Shown here piece after piece: positions 55,221 to 63,109 of a DNA stretch of 64,000 bases (position 1 is the stretch's first letter; the number at the start of each line of letters is the position of its first letter). The notes under the pieces were generated by a model. The model did not search any database and had not been told where the DNA came from. It worked only from the letters and a program-made list of their open reading frames with translations. The position numbers and the translations under genes were made by a program. Origin of the DNA: a bacterium (GTDB lineage: Bacteria; SAR324; JACQKK01); the NCBI GenBank assembly GCA_965249525.1, contig OZ252237.1, positions 836,443-900,442 of the forward strand, read 5' to 3'.

Positions 55221-55283
55221 TGGGGGTTCAGCTGGATTTTATCATGCAGAAATGCTGCAAATAAAAACCATCTGTTGCCTGTG

Positions 55284-55329
55284 GTCTTGTTGCCAGGTCT
55301 TGTTGCCAGGTCTTGTTGCCAGGTCTTGG
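55284..55329. repeat. 13-nt tandem repeat (gtcttgttgccag) x3 plus a partial copy
   Basis: 55284-55296, 55297-55309 and 55310-55322 are identical, followed by gtcttgg. Intergenic, between paralog 2 and the AI-2E transporter gene (convergent). Confidence 0.85.
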
Positions 55330-55425
55330 CAGCCTTTTGTGGGTAGTATAGATGTTCACAACAAGCTGCGGCTGGGCGACTGTCCTTGTTTCTAAAGGCG
55401 GGGGCGCAGGCTTGCTCCAGGTATT

Positions 55426-56520
55426 TTATTCCTTAACGGGGTGGCGAAATTCAAACCAGGTAAGGGCAAGAGCTTTAAACAGCGCTAACAGAGGAATAGC
55501 AAATACAGCACCCCAGAAGCCCCAAAGTCGTCCAAAGACAATGACGCCTATGAGAATGGCAGTGGGGGTGATTTTCACAGCTTCAGAGAACATTAGTGGT
55601 ACCAGCACGTTGCCGTCAAGGAATTGGATAATCAGGTAGGCGATGAGGAGAGAAGTCAGCTGCCATGAAAATCCCCACTGGGCGAGTCCCAGCAGAAAAA
55701 TGGGAAGGGTGAGGACAAAAGCACCGACATAGGGAACAAGAACAGAGAGACCAGTAAATACGCCCATAAGGACGGCGTATTCAAACTGGAGAATGGCAAA
55801 TATCACCCAGGTGACAATACCCACGATGAGGATTTCCCCAACTTTGCTGCGAACATACTTGGCCATGCGCTCTTCCATTTCGCCCCAGATACGTTTGACC
55901 AGCTGGAGATCGCCAGGCAGCAAACGGCCAGCACTTTTTGAGAGGGCACTTTTGTCTTGAAGCAGAAAGAACACCAGCAAAGGAGTAAGTATCAGGTAGA
56001 TGATGGCGCCTGTAATGCCCGAAATTGCACTAAAAGCTGTTTGGATAAAATCCTGGGTATGTTCGGCGAGGTTTTTTTGTAAAATATCGGAGATATTTTT
56101 GTTGTCTGCAAACATCTCTGAGATACCTGGAAAGTACATCTGCAAAAAAACAGGTGGCTGCCAGTTTTCCACATGGACAGCCAGTTCATCAACGATTTCT
56201 GGGATACGAACGGTAAGCTGGAGAATTTGTTCAACTGCCAGTTGAACAGGACCAATCAAAGCAACGCAATAGATGATGAGAAAGATGAAAAATACGATGT
56301 TTCGTGCAAGTACGGTTGGAAAGCCGCGTTTGGTAAGTGCCGAAATATAGCTTTCTAATGCAAAAGTGAACATCAGAGAAATAATCAGCAATAGCAGCAC
56401 TGTCCCCAGCAGCACAACACCTGCAATAACGACGGCCGCCGCCGCCAACAACGTCAGGATGCGAGGATCTGTGAATTGTTGCAAAAACCCACGTAAACGA
56501 TTTTTTAACAAAGAACCCAT
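55426..56520 (-). CDS. AI-2E family transporter (PerM/YhhT-like permease)
   Basis: 364 aa polytopic membrane protein. ...VPYVGAFVLTLPIFLLGL...FLDGNVLVPLMFSEAVKITP... is typical of the family. Confidence 0.75.
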   Translation of the reverse strand: MGSLLKNRLRGFLQQFTDPRILTLLAAAAVVIAGVVLLGTVLLLLIISLMFTFALESYISALTKRGFPTVLARNIVFFIFLIIYCVALIGPVQLAVEQILQLTVRIPEIVDELAVHVENWQPPVFLQMYFPGISEMFADNKNISDILQKNLAEHTQDFIQTAFSAISGITGAIIYLILTPLLVFFLLQDKSALSKSAGRLLPGDLQLVKRIWGEMEERMAKYVRSKVGEILIVGIVTWVIFAILQFEYAVLMGVFTGLSVLVPYVGAFVLTLPIFLLGLAQWGFSWQLTSLLIAYLIIQFLDGNVLVPLMFSEAVKITPTAILIGVIVFGRLWGFWGAVFAIPLLALFKALALTWFEFRHPVKE

Positions 56521-56656
56521 ACGCAGCCTTCCAAAAATTACGCCTCTTCTTCAAAACAGCAGCATCATCACTCTATCATGCTGAGGTAACTTCTTGGTAT
56601 TTTTGCACCCTTTGCTATGCTAGATTCATGCAAGCCTGCTTGAATCTTGATAACCA

Positions 56657-57481
56657 TCAGCTTTTGTTGACTTGCTGCCCTCCTGTTACTGTACCCAAAG
56701 ACCCTAGTACCAGTTCTATCAATTCCTGCTCCCCCCATTGCTTACGGTTCACCAACCGACACAACAATGCACTGTTTGGAACCTCTTGTAACAAATGTAA
56801 TACTCCCAAGCGAGCAAACTCCAACAATACAATAAATGTGCTCACCATCTCTAGACGACCAGTCCCTTCCGCAAACAACCCCCTAAAATAAACTTGACGC
56901 TTCTGAATCAAGATACCACACGTCCGTCGTATCACCTCTTCCATGCGAAAAGGCTCCGGTGTAATCTGCAAGCTCTCTTGCCCCTCCACACGCTCTAAAA
57001 CTTCGCGAAATGCCTCTAATAACCCATACAGAGACACCTCCTCAATTTCCCGCTCTTCAATTTCTGTATTCCCCTCCATAGTTATTTCTGGCGATCTTCG
57101 TGGAAACACCTCGCGCCCCAGCATCTCTCTCTTGCCCAACTGCTTGGCTGCCTCTTTAAGCTCCTGATAAAACTGCAACCGCTTTGCCAATATGGCTTCC
57201 ACCTCCGCTGCGTCCATATCTTCTTCTTCACTGTCACGCGAAATCCCAGGTAGCAATGAGCGAGATTTTATCCAAATTAATGTGGCTGCTATGGTTAAAA
57301 ATTCCCCTCCCTCATCCAATTGATGCGCTTGTATCTTCCCCACCCATTCCAAATAAGGCTCAGTTAGCTCACTTAGACACAAACTACCAATGTCCAGTTC
57401 TCGCTTACGCACCAAATGCAGCAACAAATCCAGCGGTCCCTCAAATTCTGCCAATTCTACTTGCAACGGACTATAAGTCAT
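56657..57481 (-). CDS. scpA: segregation and condensation protein A
   Basis: FEGPLDLLLHLVRKRELDI..., the ScpA N-terminal signature. 274 aa. Confidence 0.85.
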   Translation of the reverse strand: MTYSPLQVELAEFEGPLDLLLHLVRKRELDIGSLCLSELTEPYLEWVGKIQAHQLDEGGEFLTIAATLIWIKSRSLLPGISRDSEEEDMDAAEVEAILAKRLQFYQELKEAAKQLGKREMLGREVFPRRSPEITMEGNTEIEEREIEEVSLYGLLEAFREVLERVEGQESLQITPEPFRMEEVIRRTCGILIQKRQVYFRGLFAEGTGRLEMVSTFIVLLEFARLGVLHLLQEVPNSALLCRLVNRKQWGEQELIELVLGSLGTVTGGQQVNKS

Positions 57482-57586
57482 CTGTTCATCCTTGTACCGA
57501 AAAACACCCCCCTGTTAATGTATCACAACTATTATTGCCAAGGCTGTTTGTACAGAAACCCCTCTTTGTATATCAAGGCTGTGTTT

Positions 57587-58234
57587 TCAAAGGGGGTCGG
57601 CAGCCATAATGGAAGGGGTGGAGATGATTTTGGAAGCAACTCTGGGAGCAATTTTTTGAGGGCTGCCGATTTCTTTGGAAGCCTTTTCTGATGCGACTTG
57701 ACTGGCAAGCCAGAGTTTGTGTGCTTCTTGGGGGGTAACTTGCTTGAGCCAGTATTTGTCTGTTGGAGTAATCTCCTGGTGAGGTTTGATGTCACCAGGT
57801 GTATCAGCAGCAGTGGTTGAAGAGATGGCATCGGTAGGGGGAGATTTTGCAGCAGGGGTATTGGTTACGGTGCGGCTTTCGGTTGGCTGAATAACTTCTC
57901 GAACGATGCGGAAATTCGTCTGTGAAGCAGAGAGGGGCTGCAGCTGTTCAAGCAGGGTGTTTAGGGGGGTGATTTTGCCTTGGAGTGCCTGCTGGAAGCG
58001 AATTTGCAACAAGACCACACGGGTTTCTGTGTGTGCTTGTTTAATACATCTTTGGATTTCTTCTAGTTCGGCTGCAGAAGGTTGGCGATCCAACTTGATA
58101 GCAGCAGCCATATCAGTCCAGCAAAGCCCTTGCCTCGCCAATTGGCGAATACGCCATAGAGAAGGCTTCCAAGCCCTAACAGGGCCGAATTTTCTGGGGG
58201 CGGGGTTCTTGGGCAAAGAGGTTTTTGACAGCAA
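57587..58234 (-). CDS. hypothetical protein
   Basis: ORF with host-like C3-rich codon usage. The ORF-track start is a TTG and the first ATG is at 58111. I see no recognisable domain. Confidence 0.4.
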   Translation of the reverse strand: MLSKTSLPKNPAPRKFGPVRAWKPSLWRIRQLARQGLCWTDMAAAIKLDRQPSAAELEEIQRCIKQAHTETRVVLLQIRFQQALQGKITPLNTLLEQLQPLSASQTNFRIVREVIQPTESRTVTNTPAAKSPPTDAISSTTAADTPGDIKPHQEITPTDKYWLKQVTPQEAHKLWLASQVASEKASKEIGSPQKIAPRVASKIISTPSIMAADPL

Positions 58235-58660
58235 GCAATAGCTTCTAAGCTAGCTTTATTGGGTCTGATGCCTTACAGCAGGTTTGAGCGCACTATATGG
58301 GAATATCTTGAATGAGAGTTTAGTATAAAGGTTCTTTCTTGCAAAATCAATTGCTTGGTGAGCAAAGCTTAGCTATTGCCATCGAATTTGCTGTGTTGGC
58401 AGTTGTTGAGCAGCGGTAAAAATATCCTCAGCCTTGACGGCACCCAGGCCTGCTGGAGGCAAATCGGCATCCAACAAAGAAGTTATCTGGGGAACAGAAA
58501 TCTCCATACACTAACCACTTCTGCAACACCCTGCAGCACACAGCATACCAACCCTTCCACCACCATCGCGCTGAGCTTGTCTCTTCATACCAAATATGAC
58601 ACACTGCACCGATGCTTTTCATGCTCGCATGCCATACATCCTCACTCCATATCTGCCAAA

Positions 58661-59255
58661 ATGATGCCGTTCATACCGCTGATACGCTTATCGCTGGCCA
58701 GTGCTGTTATCATGACCATGCCCGCCTTGATGACATCAACAGTTCTTGCCCAGGGGAAATGCCACAAACTCTGCGATGAAAGCGCCGCCAAAACCTATTC
58801 CCCTAAACAAATTAGGCAATTCCTCAAGCAAGGCGAAACTGTGGACTCTCTCGGTAAAAATCAATCCACCCCCCTGCACTGGATTGCCAGTGACAATCCC
58901 AACCCCAAAGCCACAGCAAGCCTCCTGAAAGCAGGTGCTAATCCCAACATCAAAGATGCCTATGGATCCACACCACTGGTCTGGGCAGCAGGCTACAATC
59001 TCAATCCCCAAGTACTCCAGCTGCTGCTCAAAGCCGGCGCTGATATCAACACCGCCGCCGACAACGGCTCCGGCCCGCTTCATGCAGCAGCACTTATGAA
59101 CCAAAATCCCACAATTCCTGCTTGATTATGGTGCCAATCCCAAAGCTAAAAATAAAGATGATCTCACCCCCCTGGACTTGCTGAAAGAAAATCCGCTGCT
59201 TAAAGACACTCCCATCAAAAAAATCCTCCAAGATGCCCTGAAAAAAATGCTATGA
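58661..59255 (+). pseudogene. secreted ankyrin-repeat protein gene interrupted by a +1 frameshift
   Basis: Signal peptide MMPFIPLIRLSLASAVIMTMPALMTSTVLAQG, then ANK repeats (TPLHWIA...LLKAGANPN, TPLVWAA...LLKAGADIN, GPLHAAA...). The frame stops at 59123-59125, but the +1 frame continues FLLDYGANPKAKNKDDLTPLDLL...KKML* to 59255. The shift is most simply placed at the A4 run at 59103-59106. Confidence 0.7.
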
Positions 59256-59358
59256 AAAAAGTGCCTTGAGAACATAGCCTCCTGTATGGCGAAAGGAGAA
59301 TTCCCCTACCATCCTCCACTAGAAATATACGCTTCTAGGAGACTATGTCCCAGCAGCA

Positions 59359-61698
59359 TCAAATGCCGTTAGGGTCATTTGTGCTGAGAATGATATTGTG
59401 AAATCTACCCGGGTCAATAGAACTAAATTGCTGGGGTTGAACATGCCAGGTGTTCCAAGTGAGTTCGGCTGTGTATGGTATGTTTTCAATTGCGGCAATC
59501 CCCGAATAATCAAACGAGAGGTCGGTGAACCAGCCAGAATCTCGAACCAACTTCAGTTGGTTTTTTAAGCCTGAACAAGCAGGGGTATCCCCTTTATGTT
59601 GGGCTGGCAGCGACTTGGCGCATTCTATCGCTTTACCCGTAGGCACATAATAGGACACCCTGTAATTATTCTTTTTCAGCCGAGATATACATGCTCCTAT
59701 CTTTTCATTATCCAATGCGGTATTAGAGGGGAATTCTATAAACAGACTGGCCTTTTTTCTTTTAGAGGCAACCAGATAATCTGCCAGTGCATGACAGGCA
59801 TTTACATCATTTAGATTTTTACCGTCAATCCATACCTCTTTTTTGCGCTTTTCGGCAATTTGCAAAATATCCTCAAGTTTAAGGCCGGTATTCGTTGCAG
59901 GAGGATGGTATATGTCCATCTTGCCGTCAGAGGATATCACCAGGTCGATTTCTAGGCAGTCAGCCACCAAGCTTCCTCGCAGTGCAGCTGCAATGCTATT
60001 TGAGCGATGGTAGCAAATATTTGTTCCCTTCATTCCGTTAGCTTGACTGACAGCAAATATTTGGGTGGGGCTGTCAGATGAGTCTATCTCTCCTGCGGTC
60101 TGAGATTGAAATGAATTCAGATGAACATACGAAAGACTATCTGAAAGCCTCCTCTTAACGATACGTATGGGTATATTTTTTTGCCTGCCAAGATGTGTTG
60201 TTGTTCCAATGCCTTCAACACTTATACCATTATTAAGAAGATGCAGAATAGTAGGGGAAAGTTGTTCAAGCGTGTGAATAACATTGGACTTAGATGCCAA
60301 ACGATAGTGTTCCCATAAATCTGCATAACTTTTTTGAGCGGATTCATTAAAATACATAACAAATGGAACACGGACCATTTCATGTAAAAACCTGCTGGAA
60401 TCATGGTATCTATCGGTAAATACCGCGTCTCCATGATCTGAAAAATAGATGAATACGAATGGTTCTTTTATTGATTTGATAAGTTCAAAAACTTGGGAAA
60501 TACTGAAATCAATGTAACGAATCGCATTATCGTATGATTCAATTTCTTTAATTTCTCTTTTAAGGCTGCCAAAAATAGATTCTTTATTTCTTCCTTGATA
60601 ATAGGAATCTATATTGGAATGAAATTCTTCAGGAATATGATGATGGTATCCAATATGCCCCGCATATGAATGCAAGAAAATTACCTCTGGACGATCATAT
60701 TTCATTTCCACTAACTTTTTAGGAAGATAGTGTTTGAAGTGCTCATGGTCAAATGGTCTAGCATAATATCCACCAAAGTTACCCAAACCTTTTGGTGTAG
60801 AGAAAATTCTATCATTTTTATTAAAAATTAAAGAAGAAACAGTATTCCAGCTGCCGCTTTGTCCCTGGTTGGAAATAAGAAAAGTATCAACACCGTTGAA
60901 TTCTAAAATATCGATTAAAGATAGTCTTTTTTGTTCAAAGATTGGCAGATATATTTCTTTTGGATCAGTGCCAAAGCTCAAGGCAGTTAGTAGGGATGGC
61001 GAGGTATGGGTATGAGTTGAGAAAACATTATCAAAAAAGAGTGCTCCACTATCCGCATCAGACTTTAATGACGATAAAAAAGGAGTGGTATCCCGAGGAT
61101 ATCCATATATGCCCATATTCATTATAGATGTAGACTCACCAATATATATGAATATCTTTAATCTGGAATTTCGTAAATCCAATTGAGGAGAACTTTGGGC
61201 AAAGTTGATTTTCATTTCTTTGTTAATCTTCTTCACTTTCATATAGCTTTGGAAAACCCGATTGGATTCATAACCAATAATTAATGCTATAACGGCAAAA
61301 CATACTCCTACTACGGTATTAGAGACATATTTATCTTTTAGTTGAATTTTTTTCTGACTTAATAAAATGATTTTACGCCATATGAAAAAACAGATAATAA
61401 TGAAAATAACAGCTAACAGAGTATCTTCTCGTTTCGCTAATAATCCCAATTCTGGAAGCAATGATAGTAAGAAAAAATAAGCTTCATCGACAGCAAAATC
61501 AAAGCTTTCAATAAAAGAATCCGTTCCAAGCCCTCGGGCATAGAAGAAAAATGGATCCACAATCCATATCCATATTAGCATTGCTAAAATACTTACACTG
61601 GTTTGAATCCATTTACTTTTAATAAAGTAATGAGCCGCCAGTCCACTAGTTGCAATCAAATAGATGAATGTAACTTTCTCAGTAATTAAAATATCCAT
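59359..61698 (-). CDS. phosphoethanolamine-transferase-type sulfatase fused to a C-terminal PLC/GDPD-like phosphodiesterase domain
   Basis: About 5 N-terminal TM helices. EptA/OpgE-like motifs IYIGESTS...GYPRDTTPFL, THTHTSPSL, LHSYAGHIGY, YDNAIRYIDF and IYFSDHGD. The C-terminal ~250 aa contain ICYHRSNS...ADCLEIDLVISSDGKMDIYHPP (HR...E.D...H pattern). About 33% GC. The ORF extends to a TTG at 61725; the first ATG is at 61698. Confidence 0.7.
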   Translation of the reverse strand: MDILITEKVTFIYLIATSGLAAHYFIKSKWIQTSVSILAMLIWIWIVDPFFFYARGLGTDSFIESFDFAVDEAYFFLLSLLPELGLLAKREDTLLAVIFIIICFFIWRKIILLSQKKIQLKDKYVSNTVVGVCFAVIALIIGYESNRVFQSYMKVKKINKEMKINFAQSSPQLDLRNSRLKIFIYIGESTSIMNMGIYGYPRDTTPFLSSLKSDADSGALFFDNVFSTHTHTSPSLLTALSFGTDPKEIYLPIFEQKRLSLIDILEFNGVDTFLISNQGQSGSWNTVSSLIFNKNDRIFSTPKGLGNFGGYYARPFDHEHFKHYLPKKLVEMKYDRPEVIFLHSYAGHIGYHHHIPEEFHSNIDSYYQGRNKESIFGSLKREIKEIESYDNAIRYIDFSISQVFELIKSIKEPFVFIYFSDHGDAVFTDRYHDSSRFLHEMVRVPFVMYFNESAQKSYADLWEHYRLASKSNVIHTLEQLSPTILHLLNNGISVEGIGTTTHLGRQKNIPIRIVKRRLSDSLSYVHLNSFQSQTAGEIDSSDSPTQIFAVSQANGMKGTNICYHRSNSIAAALRGSLVADCLEIDLVISSDGKMDIYHPPATNTGLKLEDILQIAEKRKKEVWIDGKNLNDVNACHALADYLVASKRKKASLFIEFPSNTALDNEKIGACISRLKKNNYRVSYYVPTGKAIECAKSLPAQHKGDTPACSGLKNQLKLVRDSGWFTDLSFDYSGIAAIENIPYTAELTWNTWHVQPQQFSSIDPGRFHNIILSTNDPNGI

Positions 61699-61858
61699 TA
61701 TTTTATCAATGCCGCTTCTTATCAAATTAATTATGAATTAGGAATCCAAATATAAATACCATCTAAATAATACCAATATAGAATAATATTTAAATTTGGT
61801 TATCTTGACGCATCATCAGAATTTTTTAACAAAATGGTTAATTACAGGGGATTGCTTG

Positions 61859-62872
61859 CTATAAGTCAACTACTGCTGATTTCTTGAAAGATTCTGTCAT
61901 GGCAAGTGCAACTCGGGTAGCTTGGGTGCCATCGTGCAAAGAAACAATATTTTTGGCTTCTTTTCTTACGGCTTGAGTAAAATGGTGAGCCTCCTGAATA
62001 AAAGCTTGTTCAAAACGCTGGTAGAAATCTCGCACACACTCTTGACGGACTCCATGAACATCGCTAATTTCTAAGCTGGTGTTGCTGGGGGGTTTTCCTA
62101 CCTGCAAAATACCATCCGTACAGATAATCTCTGTATGCGAATGATGACCATGAGTCATGGTTCTGCTCATAGCTATGACTGCCATGGTGCCATTGTCCAT
62201 CTGGCATAAAGCAGTTACATTGTCAGCATCGTTTTGTTTTTCAAACTCGGGATATACATAGCTCCCTCCCAAAGCAAATACCCGCTTAAACTCGGCTGCC
62301 AAAAACCAGCGAGCCAGATCAATATCATGCACGTTGGCATCCAAAAAAATACCTCCGCCTGTCTTGACAAATTCTACCTGAAAAGGCGCATATTCTGTTA
62401 AATCTGCTGTCTGAGACCGCACCAAAAATGGTTTGCCTATCTTTCCTTTCGATATTTGCCGATACGCCTGCTGATACCCCGCATCGTACCGACGTACAAA
62501 CCCTAATGACACCACTTTATCTGAAAACGCAGCCGCTTCCTTTTCCACACGCAAACATTCTTCCAAGGTCAATGCCAATGGCTTTTCACAAAACACATGC
62601 AATCCCTTGCGCAGTGCCATCAAAATCTGCTGGCCATGCATATTCGATGATGTGGCAATGAACACAGCTTCTAAACCTGACAGTTCTAACATTTGTTGAT
62701 AGTTTTCAAATATATGCGGCAGCTTCAATGCATCCCTTGCCCACATCAACTCTTCAGATACAATGCTGCAGGCCGCTACTAAATTTGCACCTGCTACTCG
62801 CCCGTGCAAATTTTCCGCATGACGCTTTCCTAAACGTCCCAAACCAGCAATGCCTATTTTAACAGGTTCCAT
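61859..62872 (-). CDS. Gfo/Idh/MocA-family NAD(P)-dependent oxidoreductase
   Basis: VKIGIAGLGRLGKRHA...VFCEKPLA..., the Rossmann plus GFO_IDH_MocA pattern. 337 aa. Confidence 0.8.
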   Translation of the reverse strand: MEPVKIGIAGLGRLGKRHAENLHGRVAGANLVAACSIVSEELMWARDALKLPHIFENYQQMLELSGLEAVFIATSSNMHGQQILMALRKGLHVFCEKPLALTLEECLRVEKEAAAFSDKVVSLGFVRRYDAGYQQAYRQISKGKIGKPFLVRSQTADLTEYAPFQVEFVKTGGGIFLDANVHDIDLARWFLAAEFKRVFALGGSYVYPEFEKQNDADNVTALCQMDNGTMAVIAMSRTMTHGHHSHTEIICTDGILQVGKPPSNTSLEISDVHGVRQECVRDFYQRFEQAFIQEAHHFTQAVRKEAKNIVSLHDGTQATRVALAMTESFKKSAVVDL

Positions 62873-63051
62873 GTTTCATGCTTCTCCTTATAACCATCGC
62901 TCCCAAGTTTCCCTTATTCAGCAAACAAGATAACCAATCCAACTACCTTTCCACAAGCCCGTGAAAAGTTGCAGAGGACAAACTCCACTTGCGTTTTCCT
63001 CTAGGTGTTTACAAAAAAGGGGGAGCTTCTGTGAACTGCTAGCAAAGGGAT

Positions 63052-63065
63052 GGTGCAGCTGCACC
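63052..63065. promoter_or_regulatory. perfect 14-bp palindrome GGTGCAGCTGCACC flanked by direct repeats GTGAACTGCTAG / GTGAACTATGCTAG
   Basis: Read directly from the sequence. The direct repeats are at 63031-63042 and 63072-63085. It lies 45 nt upstream of the ABC-exporter-like ORF. The operator function is only a guess. Confidence 0.3.
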
Positions 63066-63109
63066 TTCTTAGTGAACTATGCTAGTTTTTTCAGTAAGGA
63101 GATATTGCG

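Larger units (their letters stand above)
52904..55247 (+). repeat. segmental duplication, copy B (~2.34 kb), starting inside tRNA-Pro
   Basis: Collinear with 48426-50829 (see copy A). Confidence 0.9.

Noticed and set aside
48426-55247. Intact integrative element or genomic island at tRNA-Pro
   Set aside because: There are no integrase, excisionase, transposase or conjugation genes. The tRNA fragment lies upstream of the intact tRNA and is followed by the same 2.4 kb as the tRNA itself, which fits a segmental duplication better than an attL/attR pair. The genes in between (folP, a transglycosylase) are housekeeping genes.
57587-58234. Phage small-terminase/HTH-like protein hinting at a prophage remnant
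   Set aside because: There is only a vague helix-turn-helix impression, no phage neighbours, and host-like codon usage. This is not supportable.
58376-58660. The 95-codon N-terminal extension of the ankyrin ORF given in the track
   Set aside because: The extension has no signal-peptide or ANK features. The ATG at 58661 is followed immediately by a canonical signal peptide.
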